56,259 nucleotides of DNA, taken from sequence record SRR31156797_5663, one strand, 5' to 3'. The translations under genes were made by a program, and so were the position numbers. Under the pieces are notes generated by a model. That model was not told the DNA's origin, searched no databases, and worked only from the letters and a program-made list of their open reading frames with translations. Below are positions 29,479-40,968 of the stretch, piece after piece (positions within the stretch are counted from its first letter, which is position 1; each line of letters opens with the position of its first letter).

Positions 29479-30366
29479 ATGAAGCCAAATGAACCAGAAC
29501 AACTAGACTTGCAAGAAAAATTGCAAACCAGTGCTGCAGTGACGATGTTCGTTTTGTCGGACTCTGCCGGTGAAACAGCATCGAAGCTTGCCCAAGCGAC
29601 AATGGCACAGTACCCCAGCGTCGAATTTAACCTTTTTAGACGCACGTTTATCCACACGAAAGAGCACTTGATCAAAGCATTATCAGATGCTAAGAAACAC
29701 AATGCCATTATCCTTCACACTTTGATCAAAGAAGAACTCGTGGATTTGACGAATCATTTTTGTGAAGAAGCGGATCTCTATCATTTCGACGTATTAACAC
29801 CGCCTGTCAGTGAAGTGGCACGCCGCACTGGAGTAGCACCTTCACGAGAGCCAGGGGCTTTGCACCACCTGAACGAAAATTATTTCAAACGCATCAAAGC
29901 CATGGAATTTGCGGTCATGTACGATGACGGAAAAGACCCTCGTGGCTTCTTGGAAGCAGATGTCGTGTTACTAGGGGTTTCTCGAACCTCAAAAACACCG
30001 TTGAGTCTATTTTTAGCGAACAAAAACTTAAAAGTCGCTAATTTGCCTTTGGTTCCACAAGCCCACATCCCGAAACAGCTCTGGGAAATCGATCCGAAAA
30101 AAATCGTCGGGTTAACAAATGATCCGAATGTGTTAAACAGTATCCGCAAAGAACGGATGCGTTCTTATGGCCTGAACCCTGACTCTGCATATTCCGATAT
30201 TGAAAAAATCAAAGCAGAGCTGACGTTTGCTAATGATCTTTACGAGAAATTAGGTTGTGTCGTGATCAATGTCGCTTCCCTTTCCATCGAAGAAACCGCC
30301 TCAATGATTTTAAATGCATTAAACTTAGAAGACCATAGCTATTACACTTCAGAGACAAAAGACTGA
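29479..30366 (+). CDS. Pyruvate,phosphate/water dikinase regulatory protein (kinase-pyrophosphorylase, YqfL-like)
   Basis: LSDSAGETA, YFKRIKAMEFAV.YDDG, GVSRTSKTPLS, SIEETA. Start moved to ATG 29479. Confidence 0.93.
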   Translation: MKPNEPEQLDLQEKLQTSAAVTMFVLSDSAGETASKLAQATMAQYPSVEFNLFRRTFIHTKEHLIKALSDAKKHNAIILHTLIKEELVDLTNHFCEEADLYHFDVLTPPVSEVARRTGVAPSREPGALHHLNENYFKRIKAMEFAVMYDDGKDPRGFLEADVVLLGVSRTSKTPLSLFLANKNLKVANLPLVPQAHIPKQLWEIDPKKIVGLTNDPNVLNSIRKERMRSYGLNPDSAYSDIEKIKAELTFANDLYEKLGCVVINVASLSIEETASMILNALNLEDHSYYTSETKD

Positions 30367-30381
30367 AAACGATAAAGCAAT

Positions 30382-30420
30382 AAAAAAAGATGAACAGACT
30401 GCCGTCTGCTCATCTTTTTT
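30382..30420. terminator. Bidirectional terminator between the yqfL-like gene and thrB
   Basis: A7-GATGAACAGAC..GTCTGCTCATC-T6. Confidence 0.8.
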
Positions 30421-30446
30421 AGGATATCTATCATTTCAAAGTTTTT

Positions 30447-31316
30447 TTAAAAAACTTGCAGCCCTTCACGATCGATTTGTAATTGTTCGATATACGCATT
30501 GCTCTCCAAGGCATGTAAAAGTTTTGAGATTCGTTCTGCCCGTTCCTCTGGGACGATCGCTAAGACCGTTGGTCCAGCGCCGCTTAAGAAACAGCCATAG
30601 CCGCCTTCTTCTTCGCAAATCTGGCGAATGGTCGACAAGTGTGGCACAAGCTTTTCCCGATAGGCTTCATGAAAACGATCCTGCTGCATCAATTTCCCTG
30701 CAAGAGGCAGATTGCCATTGATGACCGCTGCGATCATCACGTTGGCGATCGCACTGGCCTCAACTGCTTGCTCGTGAGAAAGTGTTTGCGGCAAGACTTG
30801 ACGACTTGCTTCAGTCAAAAGTTCTTCATGAGGAATATAGGCAATGATCTCGCACTCTGGAAAATGATGCTTTACTAAATACGTATGCTTGTGCTGATGA
30901 TCATAAGCAGCAACTGCAAAATCTCCATAGATCGCTGGTCCAACATTGTCAGGATGCCCTTCAATGGCAGTTGCGATCTCAAGCTTTTGTGCTGCACTCA
31001 GATTCATGTGTGCCATTCGGTTGGCTAGTTCAATACCAGCGACGATCACCGAGGAACTACTGCCTAAGCCTCGTGCCAAAGGAATATCCGAACTCATACG
31101 GATCTTCAGGGGTTTCATGTCTGGTGCTAATTTTAGTGCCACACGCAAAAGTAAGTTAGTTTCATCGTTTGGGATCTCTGAGCCTAGCTCATGGATGATC
31201 TCCCATGTATCGTTTTCTTTTAAAACTTCGATGAACAAATACTTTGACAGGGCAATCCCGCAGGAATCAAAGCCAGGCCCTAAATTCGCACTGGTTGCAG
31301 GAACGCGGATCTTCAT
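30447..31316 (-). CDS. thrB: Homoserine kinase
   Basis: [38 protein letters not shown]. Confidence 0.97.
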   Translation of the reverse strand: MKIRVPATSANLGPGFDSCGIALSKYLFIEVLKENDTWEIIHELGSEIPNDETNLLLRVALKLAPDMKPLKIRMSSDIPLARGLGSSSSVIVAGIELANRMAHMNLSAAQKLEIATAIEGHPDNVGPAIYGDFAVAAYDHQHKHTYLVKHHFPECEIIAYIPHEELLTEASRQVLPQTLSHEQAVEASAIANVMIAAVINGNLPLAGKLMQQDRFHEAYREKLVPHLSTIRQICEEEGGYGCFLSGAGPTVLAIVPEERAERISKLLHALESNAYIEQLQIDREGLQVF

Positions 31317-32371
31317 AACTTGGCAACTCCTTCACGAAGATGCTGGCGCATTTCTTCTAAATCACTCATTTTATTGATCGTAACTTCCGTTGCTTTAATT
31401 GCTGTATCAGGATCTTTCAGCCCGTTTCCAGTAAAGACGGCAACGACAGTTTCACTTGGTTTGATTTTCCCTGCTTTCACGTGCTGGATGACACCAGCAA
31501 GCGATGCAGCAGAGCCTGGTTCAATAAACACACCATCTTGCGCAGCAATTTTACGATACGCATTCAAAATTTCCTCATCGGTTACTGCATCGATGTATCC
31601 TTTTGATTCATCACGAGCGGCTTCTGCCAACTGCCAGCTGGCTGGATTGCCGATACGAATCGCTGTAGCGATGGTTTCCGGCTGTTCAATGACTTCCCCA
31701 CGAACGATGGCAGCCGCACCTTCTGCCTCAAACCCATGCATTCTTGGCAACGTGGTGCCTTTTTTCTCATGCCATTCTTTGAATCCTTTCCAATAAGCCG
31801 AGATATTCCCAGCATTACCAACTGGAATTGCAAGAACATCAGGCGCCTGTCCTAGCTGTTCGCATACTTCAAAGGCAGCTGTTTTTTGTCCTTCTAAACG
31901 ATAAGGATTGACAGAGTTCACTAATGCCACAGCTTCTGTTTTCGCAATATCCCGGACTGCTTTTAACGCTTCATCAAAGTTTCCTGGAATCGAAATGATG
32001 TCCGCTCCATAAACGATTGCTTGCGCCAATTTCCCCATAGCGATCTTGCCATCTGGAATAACAACGTAAGCTTTGATCCCCGCTCTGGTCGCATAAGCGG
32101 CTGCGGCTGCACTAGTATTTCCTGTCGAGGCACAAACGATCGCTTTCGCGCCTTCTTCCACCGCTTTTGCCACCGCCATCACCATGCCGCGGTCTTTAAA
32201 TGAGCCTGTCGGATTCAGGCCTTCGTATTTTCCATACAATTGGATCCCTAATTCATTTGAAAGACTTGGTAATGGAATCAGAGGTGTATTTCCTTCAGCC
32301 AGCGACAATGCTGGGGTATTTTCATTAACTGGGAGATATTCCTTGTATTGATGCAATAATCCTTGATACAT
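31313..32371 (-). CDS. thrC: Threonine synthase
   Basis: [39 protein letters not shown]. Confidence 0.97.
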   Translation of the reverse strand: MYQGLLHQYKEYLPVNENTPALSLAEGNTPLIPLPSLSNELGIQLYGKYEGLNPTGSFKDRGMVMAVAKAVEEGAKAIVCASTGNTSAAAAAYATRAGIKAYVVIPDGKIAMGKLAQAIVYGADIISIPGNFDEALKAVRDIAKTEAVALVNSVNPYRLEGQKTAAFEVCEQLGQAPDVLAIPVGNAGNISAYWKGFKEWHEKKGTTLPRMHGFEAEGAAAIVRGEVIEQPETIATAIRIGNPASWQLAEAARDESKGYIDAVTDEEILNAYRKIAAQDGVFIEPGSAASLAGVIQHVKAGKIKPSETVVAVFTGNGLKDPDTAIKATEVTINKMSDLEEMRQHLREGVAKL

Positions 32372-32373
32372 GT

Positions 32374-33624
32374 TTATTCCTCCATCACTTTCATTATTTG
32401 CACGTTTTGCGTATTCGCGTATGCCTTGAGTGCTACTGTTAGTTCCTTTTCACTGATTGGCTTCGTGATTCCAGCTATTCGTTGGCTTGCTTCATCAAAT
32501 GCTGTGTGCTTTGATTCAAACCATTCTGGGAAAGAAGCTGCATTAAGGTCTTTACTTGAAAAGGAAACATAGTGTTGCACAGGAACTTCTTGTACCGAAG
32601 CCAATGCTGTTTCTTTTTCAAAGGTTAAAAAAGGTTCAACGATCCCGAATGTTTTGTTTTTAGCCAATACCGTCAAATCGGCAACCACACTAGTGGCTGT
32701 CGGACGCGATCCAGCCCCTGGTCCATAAACCATCGACTGATCAATTCCGTCGCTTTTGATAAAAATACCATTGAACTCATTTTGGATCGTCGCCAAGGCG
32801 TGGTTTTTTGGCACTAACACCGGCCCAACCGATACAGTAAGGGAACCGTCATCAGTCTTTTGAGCTGCGCCAATCAATTTCACTTCATAGCCAAAAGCTT
32901 GTGCCTGCTTAATATCTTCTACAGCTAATCCGCGAATACCTTTTGTTGCAACATCAGCAACGTCGATTGTTTTCCCAAAAGCAAATTTGGTCAGGATCAC
33001 CATTTTATAAGCCGCATCGATACCGTCAACATCATTGGAAGGATCTGATTCGGCAAAACCTTTTACTTGAGCTTGTGACAACGCATCTTCATAGGTCATG
33101 CCATCTTCCGTCATTTTCGTCAGCATATAATTGGTCGTCCCATTGACGATGCCAAAAATTCCTGTGATCGTATCAGGTAGATAGTGGGTGCTCAATGTGC
33201 GCAAAATCGGAATTCCTCCCCCCACACTGGCTTCATAATAAAGAGAAACACCGGCTTTTTCAGCAATTGCCAGCAGTTCAGGTCCATGGGTGGCAATCAG
33301 ATCTTTATTTGCCGTCACAACATGCTTTTTATTTTCTAAAGCAGCTGAAATAAACGCTTTTGCCGGATCGATCTTCCCGATCAATTCCACAATTACGTCG
33401 ATGGTCTCATCTTCAAACAACTCATTTGCCTCATTCGTCAAAGCAAACCCATACTTAGCTGCTAACGCAGACTTATCCTCATAAGGCGAAGCTAATGCTT
33501 TCGTGATTTGCACACTGACTCCTGTGCGTGCCAGAATGGCTTCTTTTTGCTCTGCCAACACTTGGCATACCCCGGTGCCGACAACACCCATTCCTAATAA
33601 TCCAATGTTCAATTGCTTACCCAT
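32374..33624 (-). CDS. hom: Homoserine dehydrogenase
   Basis: [53 protein letters not shown]. Confidence 0.96.
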   Translation of the reverse strand: MGKQLNIGLLGMGVVGTGVCQVLAEQKEAILARTGVSVQITKALASPYEDKSALAAKYGFALTNEANELFEDETIDVIVELIGKIDPAKAFISAALENKKHVVTANKDLIATHGPELLAIAEKAGVSLYYEASVGGGIPILRTLSTHYLPDTITGIFGIVNGTTNYMLTKMTEDGMTYEDALSQAQVKGFAESDPSNDVDGIDAAYKMVILTKFAFGKTIDVADVATKGIRGLAVEDIKQAQAFGYEVKLIGAAQKTDDGSLTVSVGPVLVPKNHALATIQNEFNGIFIKSDGIDQSMVYGPGAGSRPTATSVVADLTVLAKNKTFGIVEPFLTFEKETALASVQEVPVQHYVSFSSKDLNAASFPEWFESKHTAFDEASQRIAGITKPISEKELTVALKAYANTQNVQIMKVMEE

Positions 33625-33740
33625 AATGCCCCCTAACTGAAAACGTTATTAAAAACCGTTCATCCAATTTTAATATTTCCACTAGCATACCAAAAACAAT
33701 AAGAAAAAACTAGGACTTTTGAGAAATTCTCGCCCTAGTT

Positions 33741-34034
33741 TTAACGGTGATGGATATGTTCGAATGTTTTTTGCAAAATATCCACAACATGTTTGTCATC
33801 AAGACTATAAAGGATGGTTTTTCCTTGTCTTTCCGACTTTACGATCCGATTATCTTTCAATAGTTTCAACTGATGAGAGACTGCTGATTGTTCCATATGT
33901 ACTTGTTCCGCGATTGAAGTGACATTGCGTTCACCCTCTTGAAGGGACAACAAAATTTTTAATCTGGTCGGATCACTAAGCATCTTAAAAATCTGCGTTA
34001 CTTGCTGAATTTCCTCTAATTTAGGCGGAGTCAT
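33741..34034 (-). CDS. ArsR/SmtB-family metalloregulator (CzrA-like)
   Basis: FKMLSDPTRLKIL, QSAVSHQLKLL, YSLDDKHV..FEH (alpha5-type metal site). Confidence 0.92.
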   Translation of the reverse strand: MTPPKLEEIQQVTQIFKMLSDPTRLKILLSLQEGERNVTSIAEQVHMEQSAVSHQLKLLKDNRIVKSERQGKTILYSLDDKHVVDILQKTFEHIHHR

Positions 34035-34064
34035 CGCGCCACATCCTCTCTTATTTCCTTTTGC

Positions 34065-34093
34065 ATTTTAGCCCTTGATAGACGGCTTGTCAA
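34065..34093 (-). promoter_or_regulatory. Sigma-A promoter of the ArsR-family gene
   Basis: TTGACA (34093-34088), 17 bp spacer, TAAAAT (34070-34065). Confidence 0.75.
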
Positions 34094-34141
34094 TCAGCGG
34101 CCGCCAAACAAGGAGAAGTAATTAGATAAAAGACAAGAATA

Positions 34142-34234
34142 GATCCAAGTGTCAGAAAATTCCCTTTAGAAGCTTAGGTCCCTCAACAACTGTTCGTTGG
34201 CGAAACAAATGCTTCTTTTTCTACCACTCGGATC
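34142..34234. repeat. 93-bp intergenic element bounded by 18-bp imperfect inverted repeats (MITE/REP-like)
   Basis: GATCCAAGTGTCAGAAAA versus the reverse complement of the right arm, GATCCGAGTGGTAGAAAA (15/18 identical). Confidence 0.45.
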
Positions 34235-34280
34235 ATTCAGTCAAATTGCAATTTTTTGATTATGAAGGCAGCAGATGACT

Positions 34281-36008
34281 TTATTCACCTGTGATTTCTT
34301 CAATCGCTGCTTGCAGATCAGCAATTTTTTGTTCTGCTGCTTCTGCCGTTTCGCCTTTTACACCAATATAAAACTTGATTTTCGGTTCGGTCCCAGAAGG
34401 ACGAACCGCAATCCAGCTTTCATCTTCCAAGGTGTATTTCAAAACATCAGAAGGCGGTGTGGTCATTTTTTGTTGGTGACCATCTAAGCCCACACGAGTC
34501 AACAGTTTAAAGTCTTCTGTTTGTACGACAGGGGTTCCTGCGAAGACAGAAGGTGCTTTTTCACGGAAAGTCTTCATCAAGGCAGCAATCTTAGTTGCCC
34601 CTTCCATGCCGCTCATCGTTACAGAAATCGTTTTTTCTGCATAATAACCGTACTCTTCAAAAATATCTTGCAGACCGTCATACAATGTTTTGTCTGATTG
34701 TTTGTAAAAAGCAGCCACTTCTGCTAATAAAACGAGCGCTTGGATCGCGTCCTTGTCCCGTACGAATGGTTTTACTAAGTAGCCATAGCTTTCTTCAAAG
34801 CCAAACATAAAGGTTTGAGAATGGTCTTTTTCAAATTGTTGGATTTTTTCGGCAATAAATTTAAAGCCGGTCAATACGTTGATCATATCCACATCGTAGG
34901 ATTTAGCGATCGCTGTTGGCAATTCACTAGAAACGATCGATTTTAAGACTGCTGCATTTTCTGGCAATGTCCCAGCTGTTTTATGGGCTTCTAAAATGTA
35001 ACGGATCATCAATGCGCCTAACTGGTTACCTGTCAACACTTGGTAGTTGCCATCTGGCATTCTTACTGCAGCTCCTAAGCGATCGGCATCTGGATCTGTT
35101 GCGATCAACAGGTCAGCACCTTCTTTTTCTCCTAAAGCAATCGCATATTCAAAGGCAGAGTGCTCTTCTGGATTCGGTGATTTCACTGTACTGAAATTTG
35201 GATCGGCAACCGCTTGAGAAGGTTCAATAATGAATTGTTGGAAACCAGCTTGTTTCAACGCTTTCTCCCCAAGCATCCGCCCTGTTCCGTGAAGTGGTGT
35301 ATAGACAAGTTTCAAATCTTTGCCCACCGTATCGATCAATTCTTGATCGATCGTGACTTCTTTGATCTCTTTCAGATAGGCAGTATCGATTTCTTCGCCA
35401 ATAATAGAGATCAAGCCGCTGTTTTTGGCTTCTTCTTCACTTAATACAGGGATCTCTAACGGATTTTCAATTTCCCGAACGAATTTTGTCAATGCATCCG
35501 CATCTGCTGGTGGCATTTGTCCACCATCTTCCCCATATACTTTGTAGCCATTGTATTCGGCTGGATTGTGAGAAGCTGTGATCATGATTCCAGTAAAGGT
35601 TTTTAAGTATCGCACAGCAAAAGATAATTCTGGCGTCGGACGTAAGCTTTCAAAGACGAAGGCTGGAATATCGTGTTTTGCCAATGTTTTTGCCGCTTCC
35701 ATCGCGAACTCAGGTGAAAAATGACGGGAATCATAGGCGATCGCTACGCCACGACGTCTTGTTTCAGGATCTTGTGTATCCATAAAGCGAGCCAATCCTT
35801 CGGTTGCTTGACGAATCGTATAAATGTTCATCCGATTGATACCAGGTCCTAAAATTCCTCGCATACCGGCAGTCCCAAATTCCAAAGGCATATAAAAAGC
35901 GTCTTCTAACATCGCAGGATCTGCTTCTAATGCGGTCAATTGTTCTTTTAATTGTGGATCTAAGTGTTCACTGTTTTTCCATTGATTAAATGTTTGTTCC
36001 CATGCCAT
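34281..36008 (-). CDS. pgm: Phosphoglucomutase/phosphomannomutase
   Basis: EFGTAGMRG, TASHNP, DPDADR, GFEESYG, RPSGTEPKIK. Confidence 0.95.
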   Translation of the reverse strand: MAWEQTFNQWKNSEHLDPQLKEQLTALEADPAMLEDAFYMPLEFGTAGMRGILGPGINRMNIYTIRQATEGLARFMDTQDPETRRRGVAIAYDSRHFSPEFAMEAAKTLAKHDIPAFVFESLRPTPELSFAVRYLKTFTGIMITASHNPAEYNGYKVYGEDGGQMPPADADALTKFVREIENPLEIPVLSEEEAKNSGLISIIGEEIDTAYLKEIKEVTIDQELIDTVGKDLKLVYTPLHGTGRMLGEKALKQAGFQQFIIEPSQAVADPNFSTVKSPNPEEHSAFEYAIALGEKEGADLLIATDPDADRLGAAVRMPDGNYQVLTGNQLGALMIRYILEAHKTAGTLPENAAVLKSIVSSELPTAIAKSYDVDMINVLTGFKFIAEKIQQFEKDHSQTFMFGFEESYGYLVKPFVRDKDAIQALVLLAEVAAFYKQSDKTLYDGLQDIFEEYGYYAEKTISVTMSGMEGATKIAALMKTFREKAPSVFAGTPVVQTEDFKLLTRVGLDGHQQKMTTPPSDVLKYTLEDESWIAVRPSGTEPKIKFYIGVKGETAEAAEQKIADLQAAIEEITGE

Positions 36009-36155
36009 AAAATAACCTCTCCTTTTTCCGTTAAAATGCTCTAAAATTAGTATAACACTACTTACAGATTTCTCAAAGAATAACCAAACGAAAAATAAAA
36101 ACAGCTGCTATCAAAAGTGATTGACACTTTAAAAATAACAGCTGATTCCATTAAA

Positions 36156-37088
36156 CTATTTCGTTAATTGAGCATCCTTTTGTGTTTCAATAAAATCAAA
36201 CACTTGTTGACCAGCAATACTGCCATCGCCGACTGCCGTCGTGATTTGACGCAAGCCTTTTTCACGAACATCGCCAACCGCGTAAACACCAGGAATTGAA
36301 GTTTCCATCTGCTCATTGGTTAAAATCCAGCCAGCATCATTCGTGATACCGCTGGCTTTGAATGGTTCTGTCAACGGATCTAAACCAACATAGATAAAGA
36401 CACCGCCAGCAGCTTCTTCTGTCACTTCATCCGTTTTTACGTTTCTGATTTGCACGCCAGTCACGACCATCTCATTGCCTTTGATTTCTTCAACAACAGA
36501 ATCCCAAATAAAAGAGATTTTCTCGTTGGCAAATGCGCGATCTTGAATGATTTTTTGTGCTCGTAATTCGTCACGACGGTGAACGATCGTTACTTCGGAA
36601 GCAAATTGTGTTAAGTAGATAGCTTCTTCGACTGCCGAGTCGCCTCCGCCAACAACAATCAAGCGTTTGTTACGGAAAAAGGCACCGTCACAAACCGCAC
36701 AGTATGAAACACCGCGTCCCGCGAATTCTTCTTCGCCTTTGACGCCTAACTTTCTATGTACGCATCCTGTGGCAATGATGATTGTTTTCCCTTGATAGGT
36801 TTTGTCTTCGGTGGCAACTTCTTTGAATTCACCTTGATCCGTGATGCTCTGAACGATCCCATAGGCATTTTCAACACCAAATTTAATGGCACCTTCATAC
36901 ATTTTAAATGCTAATTCAGGGCCTAAGATTGATTCGTATCCTGGGTAGTTTTCAACTTCAGCCGTATTGTTCATTTGACCGCCAGGTGCGCCTCGTTCAA
37001 TCATTAGTACTGATAAATTCGATCTTGACGCATAAAGCGCTGCTGTCATCCCCGCAGGGCCTGCGCCGATGATAATTACATCATACAT
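36156..37088 (-). CDS. trxB: Thioredoxin-disulfide reductase
   Basis: IIGAGPAG, GRGVSYCAVCDG, GGGDSAVEE, HRRDELRA, RQITTAVGDG. Start moved to ATG 37088. Confidence 0.97.
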   Translation of the reverse strand: MYDVIIIGAGPAGMTAALYASRSNLSVLMIERGAPGGQMNNTAEVENYPGYESILGPELAFKMYEGAIKFGVENAYGIVQSITDQGEFKEVATEDKTYQGKTIIIATGCVHRKLGVKGEEEFAGRGVSYCAVCDGAFFRNKRLIVVGGGDSAVEEAIYLTQFASEVTIVHRRDELRAQKIIQDRAFANEKISFIWDSVVEEIKGNEMVVTGVQIRNVKTDEVTEEAAGGVFIYVGLDPLTEPFKASGITNDAGWILTNEQMETSIPGVYAVGDVREKGLRQITTAVGDGSIAGQQVFDFIETQKDAQLTK

Positions 37089-37273
37089 ATATTTCCCTCC
37101 AATTTGGACTACCCATACTTTACTTTCAAAAGCAAATTCTATCAACTCATCTGCTTACAAAAAATAATAAGATATTCCTGCTTTTACTTTTGAAAATTAC
37201 ATTGACTTTCTTTTCAATTTTTGTAAAATTTTCACGATACGTCTATTATATAGAAAATAAGGAGTCCTTACAA

Positions 37274-38659
37274 TTGAATAAGAAAAAACTTTTAGGAAAA
37301 TCAGACCGTGAACTGCTTTTCCTCAGCTGGCCGATTTTTGTTGAGCTATTTTTGCGGGTCGTTATTGGGAATGTCAACGTTTGGATGATTTCTCATTACT
37401 CCGAGCCAGCAGTAGCGGCCGTCAGTGCTGCCAATCAACTATTGAATTTAACGGTCTTTATATACGGTTTCATCACCGTGGGTACTCAGATCATTATCGC
37501 ACAACTGATTGGTGCGAAAAAACGCGACCAGATACCCAAAGTCATCAATACCGCTCTCTTTGGCTCATTGTTCATCGGTATTTTGATCAGCTTAATGTTC
37601 CTTTTCGGCTCAACCTATCTCCTTCGTTTCATGGGATTGGATGCTGAATTAGTTGCTTTAGGTCATGGATACTTACAAGTGTATGGAGGAAGTCTGTTCC
37701 TTTCATCGATCACGGCGATCATAATTGCTGTCATGCGTAGCCACAGTTTCACAAAACCTGCGTTATTGGTGCCGATGTTTGCTAGTATCCTAGCCGTCAT
37801 TGGGAATTACTTTGTCTTATATAGCCCCTTTGGTTTACCGAATTTTGGTGTGACCGGATTGGCATTTTCTAGCGTCTTTGGTAATTCGATTGGTTTAATA
37901 ATTGCCGCAATGTTGCTGAAGAAGCATGTGAATTTTTCTGTTTTATCTGCCCGTTTCTCGAATGTCTCTTGGGGTGTGATGAAAAACATTTTGACTTACG
38001 GATTGCCTTCTTCTGGCGAGTCTCTTTCCTATCAAGGAGCGCAAGTCGTAGTGACGATGATCGTGGCTCAACTTGGTGCCAGCGTCTTGATTGCAAAATC
38101 TTACGTAACAGCTATCACCCAATTTGTTTATTTGATTGCCTCCGCATTGAGTCAAGGGAATCAAATCATGATTGGCCGCAATGTCGGTGCTGGAGAATAC
38201 GATCGCGCGCATCAGCGAGGCATGCGCACGATGGTGATCGGGATCATTGCCTCGGTAACGATCTGTTTATTGACTTACTTGTTTATTGAGCCAATCATGG
38301 GAATCTTTACCACCAACGCGGAAGTGATCGAGATTGCCAAAGGTGTCTTTTTGGTAGAGATCGTTTTAGAAACGGCGCGTGCAGTCAATATGATCCTTGT
38401 GGGTTCCTTAAATGCAAGTGGCGATGTGAAGTTCCCATTGATCTGTAGTCTAGTTGTTCTATGGGTCATCAGCTTACCGTTTTCCTATTCACTGGCGATC
38501 GTCTTTAAATTCGGCTTGATCGGCGTTTGGATCGCTTATGCCATTGACGAAGCATTGCGCAGCGTCTTAATGATTTATCGTTGGCACTCCGGTGTATGGA
38601 AAACTAAATCTGTCGTTCATCCACAAGAAACAGAACCCGAAGTATTGCCAGAAGCATAA
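37274..38659 (+). CDS. MATE-family efflux transporter
   Basis: About 12 TMs; IAQLIGAK, IGRNVGAG, LNASGD, GLIGVW. TTG start at 37274 behind an AAGGAG RBS. Confidence 0.9.
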   Translation: MNKKKLLGKSDRELLFLSWPIFVELFLRVVIGNVNVWMISHYSEPAVAAVSAANQLLNLTVFIYGFITVGTQIIIAQLIGAKKRDQIPKVINTALFGSLFIGILISLMFLFGSTYLLRFMGLDAELVALGHGYLQVYGGSLFLSSITAIIIAVMRSHSFTKPALLVPMFASILAVIGNYFVLYSPFGLPNFGVTGLAFSSVFGNSIGLIIAAMLLKKHVNFSVLSARFSNVSWGVMKNILTYGLPSSGESLSYQGAQVVVTMIVAQLGASVLIAKSYVTAITQFVYLIASALSQGNQIMIGRNVGAGEYDRAHQRGMRTMVIGIIASVTICLLTYLFIEPIMGIFTTNAEVIEIAKGVFLVEIVLETARAVNMILVGSLNASGDVKFPLICSLVVLWVISLPFSYSLAIVFKFGLIGVWIAYAIDEALRSVLMIYRWHSGVWKTKSVVHPQETEPEVLPEA

Positions 38660-38661
38660 TT

Positions 38662-38697
38662 AAAGTCCAGCGGTCTCGGTGACTGCTGGACTTTTTT
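38662..38697 (+). terminator. Intrinsic terminator of the MATE gene
   Basis: AGTCCAGCGGTC..GACTGCTGGACT followed by a T tract. Confidence 0.8.
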
Positions 38698-38812
38698 GTT
38701 TTCCATAAAAAATAAAATGCGCCAAGAAGTTTGCTTGGTTTTTTTGAAGACTTTGCTCTATACTTGTCTCAGAAGCTATCGACTACGATTTACATTAAAA
38801 GGAGCGTTTGCT

Positions 38813-39283
38813 ATGTCAATCTATGACTACCAAACAACATTGGAAAATGGCGAAACTTATTCGCTAGCAAAATACGAAGGTCAACCGCTAGTGATCGTCA
38901 ATACAGCTACGAAGTGTGGTTTGAGCCCGCAGTTCAAAGAATTACAAGGTCTTTATGAAACTTATAAAGACCAAGGATTGGTCGTTTTAGGGTTTCCTTC
39001 TGATCAGTTCAAACAAGAAGTCGGGTCAGCCGAAGAAGCCGCAGCCTCTTGCCGAACCACCTATGGTGTCGACTTTCCGATGCACAAGTTAACAGTGATC
39101 AATGGAAAAGACGCGGATCCCTTGTTTCGCTATTTGGAAGAAGAAGCACCTGGCACGCTAGGAAAAGCCATTAAATGGAATTTCACGAAATTCTTGGTGG
39201 ATCGCCAAGGTAAAGTCGTTGAGCGTTTCGCTCCCCAGACAAATCCTCAAAAAATGATTCCAGAAATTGAAAAAGTTCTTTAA
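38813..39283 (+). CDS. Glutathione peroxidase family protein (Cys type)
   Basis: VNTATKCG, LGFPSDQF, IKWNFTKFLVDR. Start moved to ATG 38813 (AAAGGAG RBS). Confidence 0.94.
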   Translation: MSIYDYQTTLENGETYSLAKYEGQPLVIVNTATKCGLSPQFKELQGLYETYKDQGLVVLGFPSDQFKQEVGSAEEAAASCRTTYGVDFPMHKLTVINGKDADPLFRYLEEEAPGTLGKAIKWNFTKFLVDRQGKVVERFAPQTNPQKMIPEIEKVL

Positions 39284-39292
39284 AAAACAGAG

Positions 39293-39340
39293 AAAGGCGA
39301 TTTTGAGGACAAAACATGTCATCCTTAAGGTCACCTTTTT
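39293..39340 (+). terminator. Intrinsic terminator of the peroxidase gene
   Basis: AAAGGCGATTTTGAGGA..TCCTTAAGGTCACCTTTTT, with G-U pairs. Confidence 0.6.
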
Positions 39341-39454
39341 GTGATTGCTACAACATAAACATTATACAACAATCACATTGGCGCTTGTCAAAATATCTGA
39401 ATGTCTATTTCTTCTTAAAGAAACCATTCGTTACAAAGATTTCAAAAAGACTTT

Positions 39455-39506
39455 AAAAAAACTGCAGTTGATCCCCTTTGATTTCTCAACGGGATCAACT
39501 GCAGCT
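39455..39506 (-). terminator. Intrinsic terminator of the GH4-GH1 operon
   Basis: CTGCAGTTGATCCC..GGGATCAACTGCAG 14-bp stem with an A7 run. Confidence 0.85.
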
Positions 39507-39514
39507 TCTTTTGA

Positions 39515-40957
<1,443 letters not shown>

Positions 40958-40968
40958 CTACTTTCTCT

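Noticed and set aside
33715-33729. CodY-like box upstream of hom
   Set aside because: Four mismatches, and it lies inside the ArsR-gene terminator hairpin.
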